Assembly (NCBI GenBank): GCA_945869715.1
Contig: CAMBPP010000001.1
Span: 1 to 38,912, forward strand
DNA length: 38,912 nt
Origin: Bifidobacterium breve
GTDB lineage: Bacteria > Actinomycetota > Acidimicrobiia > Acidimicrobiales > Ilumatobacteraceae
Direction of reading: 5' to 3'
Part shown: positions 18,244 to 25,909 of the stretch, one piece after another
Layout of the letters: each line of letters opens with the position of its first letter
How positions within the stretch are numbered: position 1 is the first letter of the stretch
Program-made: the position numbers and the translations under genes
The notes under the pieces: generated by a model
What the model was told of the DNA's origin: nothing
Databases searched by the model: none
What the model saw: the letters and a program-made list of their open reading frames with translations, nothing else

Positions 18244-19506
18244 TCAGTGAAGATGAAAGAGGTCGCGCACGGCATCGGCTAGGCGCTCACCTTGAGGAGT
18301 TCCTGCGCCTTCTTTTAACCGCACAGCAGGTTGATGCATGATTTTTGCTGTGATTCCCTTGGTGAGTGCTTCAACGGCTTCGCGCTGTTCATCTGTTAAT
18401 GCGGCGAGTCGTTTTGCATACCGTTCTATTTCAGCGGTACGAATTTCTTCCGCAGTCTCATGCAACGCAGCAATGAGCGGTGCGGCTTGTCGCGCCGTTG
18501 AGTCAATGGTATATCGCTCTAACTCTTCTGAAATGATGACGCGCACTTTTGATACTTCACCTTCACGCTGTTCAACACCTTTACGCGCCCAATCACGAAG
18601 GTCGTCAAGGTTCCGTAATTCAATGTTTTCGAGATGCCCCACATTTGCTTCCACATCACGGGGAACTGCAATATCGATCACAAGAAGTTTTTTGCCGCAA
18701 CGCACACCCATTACTTGTTGCGCTTTTTCATAATCGAGAATGAAGTTTCCCGAACCAGTACATGTAACGAGAACGTCGACTTGATGCAATGCTGCATCGA
18801 GGCTTTCTAGTGGCAAAGTAGCTGCACCTAAACGGTTCGCGAGTTCTTCACTGCGCGCTGACGTGCGATTCACTACCGTAATTTCTGTTGTGGGGTTTGC
18901 AGCAATAGCAGTAGCTACGCCTTCGCCCATTTCACCTGCGCCAACGATGAGTACTTTTTTATTTGCCAAAGTACCGAGTAGTTCACGTGCCATTTCCACT
19001 GCGGCAAATGATATTGATGTTGTTGAACGAGAAATAGCAGTTTCGGTGCGTGCTCGTTTACCTGTTTCAAGTGCATGACGGAAAAGAAGATTTAACGTAG
19101 AGCGCGATGCACCTTCACCTTGAGCGTTGGTCCATGCATCGCGCACTTGTCCAAGAATTTCATGCTCACCAATGACTGCTGAATCGAGCCCACACGCCAC
19201 TTCAAAGAGATGCGTAATGGCTGCATCGTCATGTTGGTTGTAGAGGTGGTTGTTCAATTCATCGGGCATGAGCCCGCCTAATTCACAAAAGAAGTCGCTG
19301 ATGTCGGCGTAGGCGGCATGAAACTTTTCAGTTACTGCGTACACCTCGGTGCGGTTACACGTTGACAGCACAACCGCTTCACGAATGTTGTTACGTGACG
19401 ACAAAGAATGCAAAGCCTTCGCCATATCTGCGGGGTTGATCGCTACTTTTTCCAGCACCTGCAAAGGGCTCGTGCGATGGTTCACACCAATGACAACAAC
19501 AGACAT
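18244..19506 (-). CDS. hemA: Glutamyl-tRNA reductase
   Basis: MSVVVIGVNHRTSPLQVLEK.., active-site ..LSTCNRTEVY.., NADPH-binding ..VLIVGAGEMGEG... Confidence 0.95.
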   Translation of the reverse strand: MSVVVIGVNHRTSPLQVLEKVAINPADMAKALHSLSSRNNIREAVVLSTCNRTEVYAVTEKFHAAYADISDFFCELGGLMPDELNNHLYNQHDDAAITHLFEVACGLDSAVIGEHEILGQVRDAWTNAQGEGASRSTLNLLFRHALETGKRARTETAISRSTTSISFAAVEMARELLGTLANKKVLIVGAGEMGEGVATAIAANPTTEITVVNRTSARSEELANRLGAATLPLESLDAALHQVDVLVTCTGSGNFILDYEKAQQVMGVRCGKKLLVIDIAVPRDVEANVGHLENIELRNLDDLRDWARKGVEQREGEVSKVRVIISEELERYTIDSTARQAAPLIAALHETAEEIRTAEIERYAKRLAALTDEQREAVEALTKGITAKIMHQPAVRLKEGAGTPQGERLADAVRDLFHLH

Positions 19507-19518
19507 ACAGTGCCTACG

Positions 19519-20211
19519 CTATGCGCTCACAGCACGTGAGGAGGTAGTCGTCCCCTGGATGTGACTTAAAGAATTCACTTTTTGTTGCTCGTAGTAGCTC
19601 AAAATCTGTAATTCCCCTGCTAAATCGACCTTACTAATATGTACCCCTCGCGGAACTGACAAAACAATGGGCACGAAATTGAGGATAGAACCAACTCCGG
19701 CTCGCACCAGGCGATTCACTGCCTCTTGGGCAGTGGCTGCAGGCGTAGCGAGAACCCCAATGTTGACACCGCGTGTTTGCACCACTTCTGAGAGTTCATC
19801 GAGGTGCTGTACGCAAATACCGCCCACCTGAGTGCCGATTTTGCGGGGGTCAGTGTCGAACACGCCCACCAACCCAAAACCGCGCTCAACAAAGCCTCCG
19901 TAGTTAGCCAGGGCCTGACCTAAGTTTCCAGCACCCACAATGACAATGGGCCATTCATGGTTCACACCTAACTCGCGCTGAATTTGATAGGCGAGAAAAG
20001 CAACCTCATAGCCAACGCCTCGCACCCCATAACTGCCGAGATATGACAAGTCTTTACGCACCTTTGCCGCATTAACGGCAGCAAGTTCAGCCAGTTGGTC
20101 ACTCGAGATGTGAGTAACCCCTTGGGCAGTTACTTCACCCAATAAACGCAGGTACATCGGCAGGCGAATGAGTGCTGCTTCTGGGATTTTGCGACGTGGG
20201 GAATTGGGCAC
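19519..20211 (-). CDS. rex: Redox-sensing transcriptional repressor Rex
   Basis: N-terminal winged-helix region (..IPEAALIRLPMYLRLL..) and Rossmann GAGNLGQALANY. Lies 12 nt upstream of hemA, matching the rex-hemACD arrangement known from Streptomyces. Confidence 0.9.
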   Translation of the reverse strand: MPNSPRRKIPEAALIRLPMYLRLLGEVTAQGVTHISSDQLAELAAVNAAKVRKDLSYLGSYGVRGVGYEVAFLAYQIQRELGVNHEWPIVIVGAGNLGQALANYGGFVERGFGLVGVFDTDPRKIGTQVGGICVQHLDELSEVVQTRGVNIGVLATPAATAQEAVNRLVRAGVGSILNFVPIVLSVPRGVHISKVDLAGELQILSYYEQQKVNSLSHIQGTTTSSRAVSA

Positions 20212-20228
20212 ACCTTCAGGCTAGGCGC

Positions 20229-20246
20229 TCGTGCAGGTTTTCACAA
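20229..20246 (-). promoter_or_regulatory. Candidate Rex operator (ROP-like inverted repeat)
   Basis: The minus strand reads TTGTGAA-AACC-TGCACGA, against the TTGTGAA-n4-TTCACAA consensus (12 of 14 half-site positions). Lies 18-35 nt upstream of the rex start. Confidence 0.45.
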
Positions 20247-20279
20247 AGTCTGGCGACCTTTCCTTTCCCCTAACCTAAG

Positions 20280-21059
20280 GTGATGGAAAACAGTGCCCTC
20301 GCCGCCAGCGCTGCCCTCATTTCCCTCGCTTTTTGCCTCCTCACCTATGACCGCTGGCTACGTCGTCGCGCTGCCCACGACCTGGCGTGGACCATTGCAA
20401 TGGCTTTGTTTGCACTTGGCGCCGGTTCGTTGTGGTGGGCCGAGAGTCGTGGTTGGAGCACTGCCAGCTTTCGCATCTTTTTTCTCACCGGTGCCATCCT
20501 CAATGTCCCTTGGCTTGGCCTCGGCACGGTCTATCTCTTATTCGGACAACGCGTTGGCCATGCAATTCGTACTGTTCTCGTTTTGCTGTCGGGCATCGCA
20601 ATTGGTGTTGTCCTCACCGCACCAACGAAACGTTCAGTCGACCCTGAGAACTTTCCCACCGCAAAAGAATTGTTTGGTCTTGGTCCGCGACTCTTTGCTG
20701 CACTTGGTTCAGCAATTCCTGCCCTCGTCATTATTGTGGGCGCCTTGTGGTCGGCGCTACGCATCATGCAACATCGTGTACCTGCTGCTACTACGTCGGC
20801 GCGACGCGCCGCAATTCACCCCAAACAACTTGCGGCTGGCAACTTACTCATTGCCCTTGGTGCAATTGTGTTGTCAGCTAGTGGAACCATTGCGGGTCGA
20901 CTTGGTAAAGACCGAGCATTTGCCATCACGCTGCTTGTAGGTGTTTCTGTTTTATTTGCCGGATTCATTGTGGCATCTAACGCTGTTGCAGTGCGCAAAG
21001 AGCGGTTGCGTTTGCTTATCGCAACATCAACAGTTGCACGATCCCTACAACAAGAATGA
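20280..21059 (+). CDS. Polytopic membrane protein, unknown function
   Basis: 259-aa ORF with 6-7 hydrophobic segments. Chosen over the overlapping 20293..20940 frame, whose product is Pro/Ser/Cys-rich and not protein-like. ATG at 20283 directly follows the GTG at 20280. Confidence 0.68.
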   Translation: MMENSALAASAALISLAFCLLTYDRWLRRRAAHDLAWTIAMALFALGAGSLWWAESRGWSTASFRIFFLTGAILNVPWLGLGTVYLLFGQRVGHAIRTVLVLLSGIAIGVVLTAPTKRSVDPENFPTAKELFGLGPRLFAALGSAIPALVIIVGALWSALRIMQHRVPAATTSARRAAIHPKQLAAGNLLIALGAIVLSASGTIAGRLGKDRAFAITLLVGVSVLFAGFIVASNAVAVRKERLRLLIATSTVARSLQQE

Positions 21060-21129
21060 CTCCGAGAAGGAGTCCGACAACCAAAGTAGTAGCGGGTCTC
21101 ATAGCAATAACCTAGCGGAACTCACGTTG

Positions 21130-21999
21130 CTATTCTGATGCACTTTTTTTACCGATGTGCACTGCAGTAGATACTTGGCCTGCTTCTCCTGCACGAAGAA
21201 TCACTTGGTCGCCTACACCGACACCCACATCACGTGCTGCAGAATCTTGATCTTTTGCGATAGCCAACATTCCATACGAATCAATGACGAGACCAATTCC
21301 ACCAGTAGGAATTAATGCAAATGCAGTAGCAATAGTCGCTGATCGAGCCACGCCATCAACCACGATGGTAAGCAACAGCGACCCGCCTGACAAAAGAGTT
21401 GCAACATCTTCAAGGCCCACATTGAGTTGACAATTGCCGAAATGATCAACCCACGTCACTTCGGAGATAATTTCTGTGTCGCCAATTTGTGGAAGTGTCA
21501 CAAGTCCAGGCATGAGGAGATCGGCATCAATTGCATCACCTAGTTCGTCGAAGGGAACTCCGCTGCATAAATGCGCAGCTACTGGAGCAAAAATATCTCG
21601 CCCTGCAAATGTTGATCCGGGCGCAGGAAGGTGCAGTGCGACATTATTCAACACAACGGCTCGCTCGACTCCACCTACCATTCCAGCGGCGGGCGCCAAC
21701 AAACCATTGTCGGGGCCAATAAGAATTCCTTCGCCACCAGCAATTTCTAATGCAATGGCTTTACGTTGCGTGCCAACACCTGGGTCAACAACTCCAATAA
21801 CAATTCCGCGCGGCACATATTGGATGCAACGAGCCAACATCAAAGAACCAGCGCGCACGTCGTATGCGGGAACATGATGTGCGAGATCGGTAATGCGTGC
21901 ATGCGGGGCAAGGTCAGCAATAACTGCTTTCATTACTCCGACAAACTCATCGGCAGTTCCGTAATCGGTGAGAAGTGAAATGTGGTCGTAAGGCTTCAC
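21130..21999 (-). CDS. SAM hydrolase / SAM-dependent halogenase family protein (DUF62, S-adenosyl-L-methionine hydroxide adenosyltransferase-like)
   Basis: N-terminus ..ISLLTDYGTADEFVGVMKAVI.. and ..VVDPGVGTQRKAIAL.. match my recollection of the DUF62 family. GTG start preceded by GGAAAGAG. Confidence 0.85.
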   Translation of the reverse strand: MKPYDHISLLTDYGTADEFVGVMKAVIADLAPHARITDLAHHVPAYDVRAGSLMLARCIQYVPRGIVIGVVDPGVGTQRKAIALEIAGGEGILIGPDNGLLAPAAGMVGGVERAVVLNNVALHLPAPGSTFAGRDIFAPVAAHLCSGVPFDELGDAIDADLLMPGLVTLPQIGDTEIISEVTWVDHFGNCQLNVGLEDVATLLSGGSLLLTIVVDGVARSATIATAFALIPTGGIGLVIDSYGMLAIAKDQDSAARDVGVGVGDQVILRAGEAGQVSTAVHIGKKSASE

Positions 22000-22039
22000 A
22001 TCTCTTTCCTATCTGAAATGAGAACAACTGGAAACTCAG

Positions 22040-22089
22040 AGAAAACGAACGAAGGGGTCGGTGTCAACCCCCCGATGACACCGACCCCT
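22040..22089 (-). terminator. Intrinsic terminator-like hairpin with U-rich tail
   Basis: Perfect 13-bp stem GGGGTCGGTGTCA / TGACACCGACCCC (22054-22066 / 22076-22088) with a 9-nt loop. On the minus strand it is followed by TTCGTTCGTTTTCT. Confidence 0.6.
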
Positions 22090-22160
22090 AAGGCGCGGCC
22101 CTTGCGGGCGCGACTCCCGAGCGGCAAGCCACTCGGTGATCTCCACGTACGTTACGCACA
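22040..22160 (-). ncRNA. Candidate structured RNA: sRNA, proC 3'UTR element, or regulatory leader of the DUF62 gene
   Basis: Three consecutive GC-rich hairpins in an otherwise AT-rich 258-nt gap. (1) 22117-22136, 8 bp, CUUG tetraloop on the minus strand, including a G-U pair that is a C/A mismatch on the plus strand. (2) 22094-22112, 7 bp plus one bulge, GCAA (GNRA) loop on the minus strand. (3) The terminator hairpin. I found no convincing ORF. Confidence 0.35.
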
Positions 22161-22257
22161 AGTTGACTGAATGAGAAAGATGTCACTCAATTTGTGAAAA
22201 ATAATCCTGTTTTTATACGCGATCAGATACTTTCTTGCCATTTTTGATGTTTTTAGG

Positions 22258-23061
22258 TTACTTCTCTGCCTCAATACCCATCTGGCGGCTGCGCTCTGTG
22301 GCGGCTCGAACGGCCTCCACAATGGCCTCACCCACACCTGATGAACGCAAGCTTGCAAGACCTGCCGCAGTGGTTCCACCAGGCGAGGTGACTCGTTCCC
22401 GCAATTGCGCAGGAGACTCTGTGCTCTGCGCAAGAAGTACCCCAGCACCGCGCAACAATTGCCGCACTAACGGGTCGGCTAATTCCGCATCAATTCCCAT
22501 TTCTTTGGCTGCCGCCATGAGCGACTCTGCAATATAAAAAAGATACGCCGGCCCCGAACCAGTGAGCCCAGTGATGGCGTCAATTTGTTCTTCTTGAACA
22601 CGCACTGCAATTCCGACACTGCCTAAAACTTCTGCGGCAAACTTCTCGCTACTTTCGGTGCACGACTTTCCCAACGCAAACCCCGCTGCACCTTCACCAA
22701 CGAGGGAAGGTGTATTGGGCATGGCACGAATAATAGCTACCCCATCACCAGCGGCTTTTTGCAATGTTGCAAGAGAAACACCTGCGGCAATAGACAACAC
22801 CGTTTGCGCGCCAGCTTTTACAGCAAGTGTTGTTGCTTGCGCAGCATCGCCAGGCTTCACGGCAATGACTGCTGCACTACATTTCTGTACGAACTCTTCT
22901 ATCTGAACACCGGGAAAAGTTGCACTGAGCGTTTTTCTTTGATCTGACGACAACTCAACAATGGTGAGCATGCTTGGGGCAAGACCCGCACGTAGTAGCC
23001 CGTGAGCCAACGCGGCTCCCATGTTTCCGCCGCCAAGGATGGTGAGTGATGCTTGTTCCAC
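22258..23061 (-). CDS. proC: Pyrroline-5-carboxylate reductase
   Basis: ..LTILGGGNMGAALAHGL.. Rossmann N-terminus and ..RVTSPGGTTAAGL.. signature. Start placed at the GTG at 23061, 10 nt after the upstream stop. The ORF-track start at 23151 overlaps the upstream gene by 80 nt. Confidence 0.9.
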   Translation of the reverse strand: MEQASLTILGGGNMGAALAHGLLRAGLAPSMLTIVELSSDQRKTLSATFPGVQIEEFVQKCSAAVIAVKPGDAAQATTLAVKAGAQTVLSIAAGVSLATLQKAAGDGVAIIRAMPNTPSLVGEGAAGFALGKSCTESSEKFAAEVLGSVGIAVRVQEEQIDAITGLTGSGPAYLFYIAESLMAAAKEMGIDAELADPLVRQLLRGAGVLLAQSTESPAQLRERVTSPGGTTAAGLASLRSSGVGEAIVEAVRAATERSRQMGIEAEK

Positions 23062-23071
23062 ATCACTGACG

Positions 23072-23533
23072 TTACTCTGCAAAATGCGAGGCAAAACCAA
23101 TTCGGATGAGAACTGGGAAATGAGTTTCAACTGCGGCAAACAAAGTGCCAATCACTCGGTCAATTTCATTTTCACTCAAAACTGAAAGCGGAAGTTCTCC
23201 GCGCAGAAAGAGAGCATCTTCTACGCCAATAGAGAAATGTGCTCCTGTGAGTTTTGCATTTCTCCGCAATGCTTGTTCGTATAACTGCTCGGCATTTTCT
23301 TCAGGTGCCGGCATTACGTAGGTCTCGTAACGCAATGTTCGCTGACCCAATGTGAGCCAAATTGTGGTGAATTCTTTTTCCTCGCCATGCATTCTGATGA
23401 ACCATCGTCGCGGTGCTTCGGGGTCTCGCCTCGCATCGACAACAGCATCATGATTTCGCTGATACACGGCAAGCCACTCATCGATGTGGCGAGCAATTAC
23501 GCCTATATCGGGCTCGGAAAAGAGCTCGCTCAT
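23072..23533 (-). CDS. YbjN-like / Rv0487-like conserved hypothetical protein
   Basis: 153-aa acidic protein 6 nt downstream of mshA, the same synteny as mshA-Rv0487 in mycobacteria. General resemblance to the YbjN (putative sensory-transduction/chaperone-like) fold family; recalled, not searched. Confidence 0.75.
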   Translation of the reverse strand: MSELFSEPDIGVIARHIDEWLAVYQRNHDAVVDARRDPEAPRRWFIRMHGEEKEFTTIWLTLGQRTLRYETYVMPAPEENAEQLYEQALRRNAKLTGAHFSIGVEDALFLRGELPLSVLSENEIDRVIGTLFAAVETHFPVLIRIGFASHFAE

Positions 23534-23539
23534 GTGGCG

Positions 23540-24754
23540 TTACCGACACTCCACACGATCACGTGTGGAAACGTCTGCGTAAACGCGACGTAAGCGCGCA
23601 GCGGCGAAGCTCCAGGTGTAATCGCGTGCTTTTGCGGCCGCCTTTGCCCCCATCGCGAGGGCCATGGTGGGATGCGCCAACAGCTCATCAATATGCCCTG
23701 CAAACAAAGCGGGGTCACGACGAGAAACAAGGTAACCAGTTTCTCCATCATCAATGATGGTGAGGAGTCCGCCCACCGCACTTGCTACAACCGGAATGCC
23801 ACATGCTGCGGCTTCAAGTGCCACCAAGCCAAAACTCTCGCTGCGACTCGGCACAACCACTACGTCGGCAGCCCGATAATACGTAGACAACATGTGGTGT
23901 GCTTGTGGTTCAACAAAGCGAATGTTGTTGTGTACGCCAAGACTACGAGCGAGTTGCATGACCTTTTCTAATTCTTCGTTTCCTTCGCTGCCACTGGCAC
24001 CACCCACGACAATGAGTTGCGCATTTTTTGCCTGCAACTGTGCAAGTGCCTGAACAGCAACATCAAGACCTTTGAGCGGTTGAATGCGTCCGACAAAGAG
24101 CAAAACAGGAACATCGAACGCGATACCCAAAGCATGTCGCGCACCACGTTTTTCACCCGGTGCGAAAAATGCGTGCTCTACACCTGGCGCAACAATTTCT
24201 AATGTTCCGGGTGGGTTGCCGTACAACTCGATGAATTGACGTTCTTCTTCCGTGCAAGAGACACAAATTGCATCTGCACAACCAATGATGTCTGATTCAC
24301 TTTTCTCGCGAATATCAGATTCAAAATCGCCGCCCTGAGCTTTGACGCGCGCAAGCGTATGAAAAGTAGTAACTAAAGGAAGATCCAATTCATGTTTGAG
24401 TTGATGCGCCGATAAACCCGACAACCAGTAATTGGCATGCAGCACATCAACACCCCCGGAAGCCACAATGTGCGCACGCACATTTTCCGTGAACTCATCG
24501 ACAACCGAAAGCAGTTCATTCTTGGGGACATCAAAATTTCCGGCAGGAATGTGTACCACCCGATGATTGGGTTCAACATTGACCACTTCCGGAAGACCTG
24601 CTTGCCATGCGCGTGTGTAAGTTGTGCAATCTAAACCAGCATGAGCAAGGGCCGACACCAGTTCGCGCACGTAAACATTCATGCCGCCGCCATCGCCAAC
24701 CCCTGGCTGAGCCAGGGGTGAGGTGTGCATCGAGATCACTGCAACGCGCTTCAT
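23540..24754 (-). CDS. mshA: D-inositol-3-phosphate glycosyltransferase (mycothiol biosynthesis)
   Basis: MKRVAVISMHTSPLAQPGVGDGGGMNVYVRELV.. is the characteristic MshA N-terminus. GT4 C-terminal E-x7-E region (ESFGLVALEAAACG). Confidence 0.92.
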   Translation of the reverse strand: MKRVAVISMHTSPLAQPGVGDGGGMNVYVRELVSALAHAGLDCTTYTRAWQAGLPEVVNVEPNHRVVHIPAGNFDVPKNELLSVVDEFTENVRAHIVASGGVDVLHANYWLSGLSAHQLKHELDLPLVTTFHTLARVKAQGGDFESDIREKSESDIIGCADAICVSCTEEERQFIELYGNPPGTLEIVAPGVEHAFFAPGEKRGARHALGIAFDVPVLLFVGRIQPLKGLDVAVQALAQLQAKNAQLIVVGGASGSEGNEELEKVMQLARSLGVHNNIRFVEPQAHHMLSTYYRAADVVVVPSRSESFGLVALEAAACGIPVVASAVGGLLTIIDDGETGYLVSRRDPALFAGHIDELLAHPTMALAMGAKAAAKARDYTWSFAAARLRRVYADVSTRDRVECR

Positions 24755-24761
24755 GGAAAGG

Positions 24762-25133
24762 TCAATCTATCGTCGGATTTGCATATGACCGATAGACGCT
24801 TAAAAGAGTCTCTTTTTGGACCCCTGAGAGTTGCGCATCGCCTTGAATTGCTGCCTCTACCGAGTCGGTCTTGGCCACCGGGTTGTGCTCAGAAAAGCGC
24901 TCAGCATCGCCATCTAATATGCCCGCTTGGACATACAAAGTTTCCGCTGAAATCTGTAGAGCCTTGGCTATTTGTTGCAAAATATCGGCTGAAGGCTTGC
25001 GCAAGCCTCGCTCAATTTGCGACAAGTAGGGGTTAGAAATACCGGCGATGCGCGAGAGATCTCTGATGGACTGCTGAGCAGCTTCGCGGCGAACCCGAAT
25101 GAATTCGCCAAGTTCAAAGAGGCGTTGGTCCAT
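24762..25133 (-). CDS. XRE-family helix-turn-helix transcriptional regulator
   Basis: ..QSIRDLSRIAGISNPYLSQIERGLRKPSADILQQIAKAL.. is a canonical Cro/C1-type HTH. Its start overlaps the stop of the upstream gene by 1 nt (TAATG). Confidence 0.85.
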   Translation of the reverse strand: MDQRLFELGEFIRVRREAAQQSIRDLSRIAGISNPYLSQIERGLRKPSADILQQIAKALQISAETLYVQAGILDGDAERFSEHNPVAKTDSVEAAIQGDAQLSGVQKETLLSVYRSYANPTID

Positions 25134-25609
25134 TATTCCAACAAAGAATTGATGTTGGCTCCGCCATTTTTGTAGCGAGCCACAAGTTCTGCACTCAATG
25201 CATCAATTTGTCCAAAGAGTGATTTGCGATCTGTCGACTGCACCATTTCAAAAGCTTCCAATGCGGCAACGAGCGCATCAAGTTCTTCCAATGAGAGTTC
25301 TGCAAAGTCGGCGAAATGGAAGGTATCGCACAGTGCAGTGAGCTCCGCTAAGCGCGGATGATGCGCAGGAACTTCGGTATCTCGTGGTGGACGCGCAGAG
25401 CCTCCACCTTGTTGCTGACCAAATACCGCTGCCAACTGTTCTGGTCGGGCGTCAAGAGATTTTCCTGCTCCACGTTTTTGTTTCTCTTCACGCACCACAT
25501 CGAGTCGACCTTGTGCAAGGCGTCGCACAAATGACACTGCGTCTTCTTCATTTTGAAGGTCAGTACGCAACGAGCGTAGTTCTGGAAGTGTGAGCGATGC
25601 AGGATTCAT
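25133..25609 (-). CDS. RsiG-like helical protein carrying the E-x3-S-x2-R-x3-Q-x3-D c-di-GMP-binding motif (candidate anti-sigma / c-di-GMP sensor)
   Basis: Residues 22-37 EDAVSFVRRLAQGRLD match the motif exactly. Residues 121-136 EMVQSTDRKSLFGQID match 4 of 5 fixed positions (Q replaced by F). Predicted to be largely helical with a Gly/Gln-rich linker. CDS confidence is higher than confidence in the functional call. Confidence 0.55.
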   Translation of the reverse strand: MNPASLTLPELRSLRTDLQNEEDAVSFVRRLAQGRLDVVREEKQKRGAGKSLDARPEQLAAVFGQQQGGGSARPPRDTEVPAHHPRLAELTALCDTFHFADFAELSLEELDALVAALEAFEMVQSTDRKSLFGQIDALSAELVARYKNGGANINSLLE

Positions 25610-25652
25610 GGCGTCAAAAACCTAGATCTCGAAAAGTTGCGATATGCGTACT

Positions 25653-25892
25653 CTAGAGCCCACCGGAAACCGGGGGAAGGACAGCCACTTCGTCGCTGTC
25701 TTGCAGCGCCGTCTCTCGGTCTGCTTCTTCTCCATTGCGCCACACTCGACACGTGGCAAGCACCTCAGCAAAGCCAGTTCCGTAGCGCCCAACGGCCGCA
25801 TCGAGGAGAGCACCTACCGATTTTTCGGGAAAAGTATCGCTCCCGCACCCTGCAGCCTCTCGGGCCGATGCAAAAAGTCGCAAAGTTGCCAT
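25653..25892 (-). CDS. MoaD/ThiS/CysO-type ubiquitin-like sulfur carrier, C-terminus ..VSGGL
   Basis: The 79-aa product MATLRLFASAREAAG...DEVAVLPPVSGGL has the beta-grasp carrier pattern. Start placed at the ATG at 25892. The ORF-track N-terminal extension of 60 aa looks non-coding. Confidence 0.7.
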   Translation of the reverse strand: MATLRLFASAREAAGCGSDTFPEKSVGALLDAAVGRYGTGFAEVLATCRVWRNGEEADRETALQDSDEVAVLPPVSGGL

Positions 25893-25909
25893 CAATGAGA
25901 GCGTACAGA

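Noticed and set aside
20293-20940. 215-aa plus-strand ORF overlapping the 20280..21059 ORF in another frame.
   Set aside because: Its product is Pro/Ser/Cys/Leu-rich with no helices of TM length, whereas the 20280 frame gives regular hydrophobic helices with positive-inside loops.
21016-21102. 28-codon hydrophobic micro-ORF on the minus strand (MRPATTLVVGLLLGVILVVGIVQLLMLR*) just downstream of the DUF62 gene.
   Set aside because: It overlaps the 3' end of the convergent membrane-protein gene by 44 nt, has only a weak AGGT upstream, and a short hydrophobic ORF can arise by chance antisense to a TM-rich region. It cannot be supported without conservation or ribosome-profiling data.
22054-22088. 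6C RNA: the plus-strand reading of the hairpin has a loop containing six consecutive C.
   Set aside because: As I recall, 6C RNA has two C-rich loops, and only one is present here. The U-tail, the CUUG and GNRA loops and a G-U pair all favour the opposite (minus) strand.
22000-22257. Expected small genes downstream of proC, as in mycobacteria (BldC-like Rv0500A, ribosomal protein bS22/Rv0500B).
   Set aside because: I translated all three minus-strand frames of the gap. The only products are a 29-aa MARKYLIAYKNRIIFHKLSDIFLIQSTCA and Arg/Gly-rich read-throughs of the hairpins. None resembles an HTH protein or the very basic K/R-rich bS22.
25637-25909. N-terminal 91 codons of the 305-aa plus-strand ORF, and the 60-codon N-terminal extension of the 139-aa minus-strand ORF (25893..26072).
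   Set aside because: The two extensions are antisense to each other's real coding parts. Recognisable domains begin only at the internal ATGs (RHG phosphatase from 25910, MoaD-like from 25892), and the extensions read as non-protein-like sequence.
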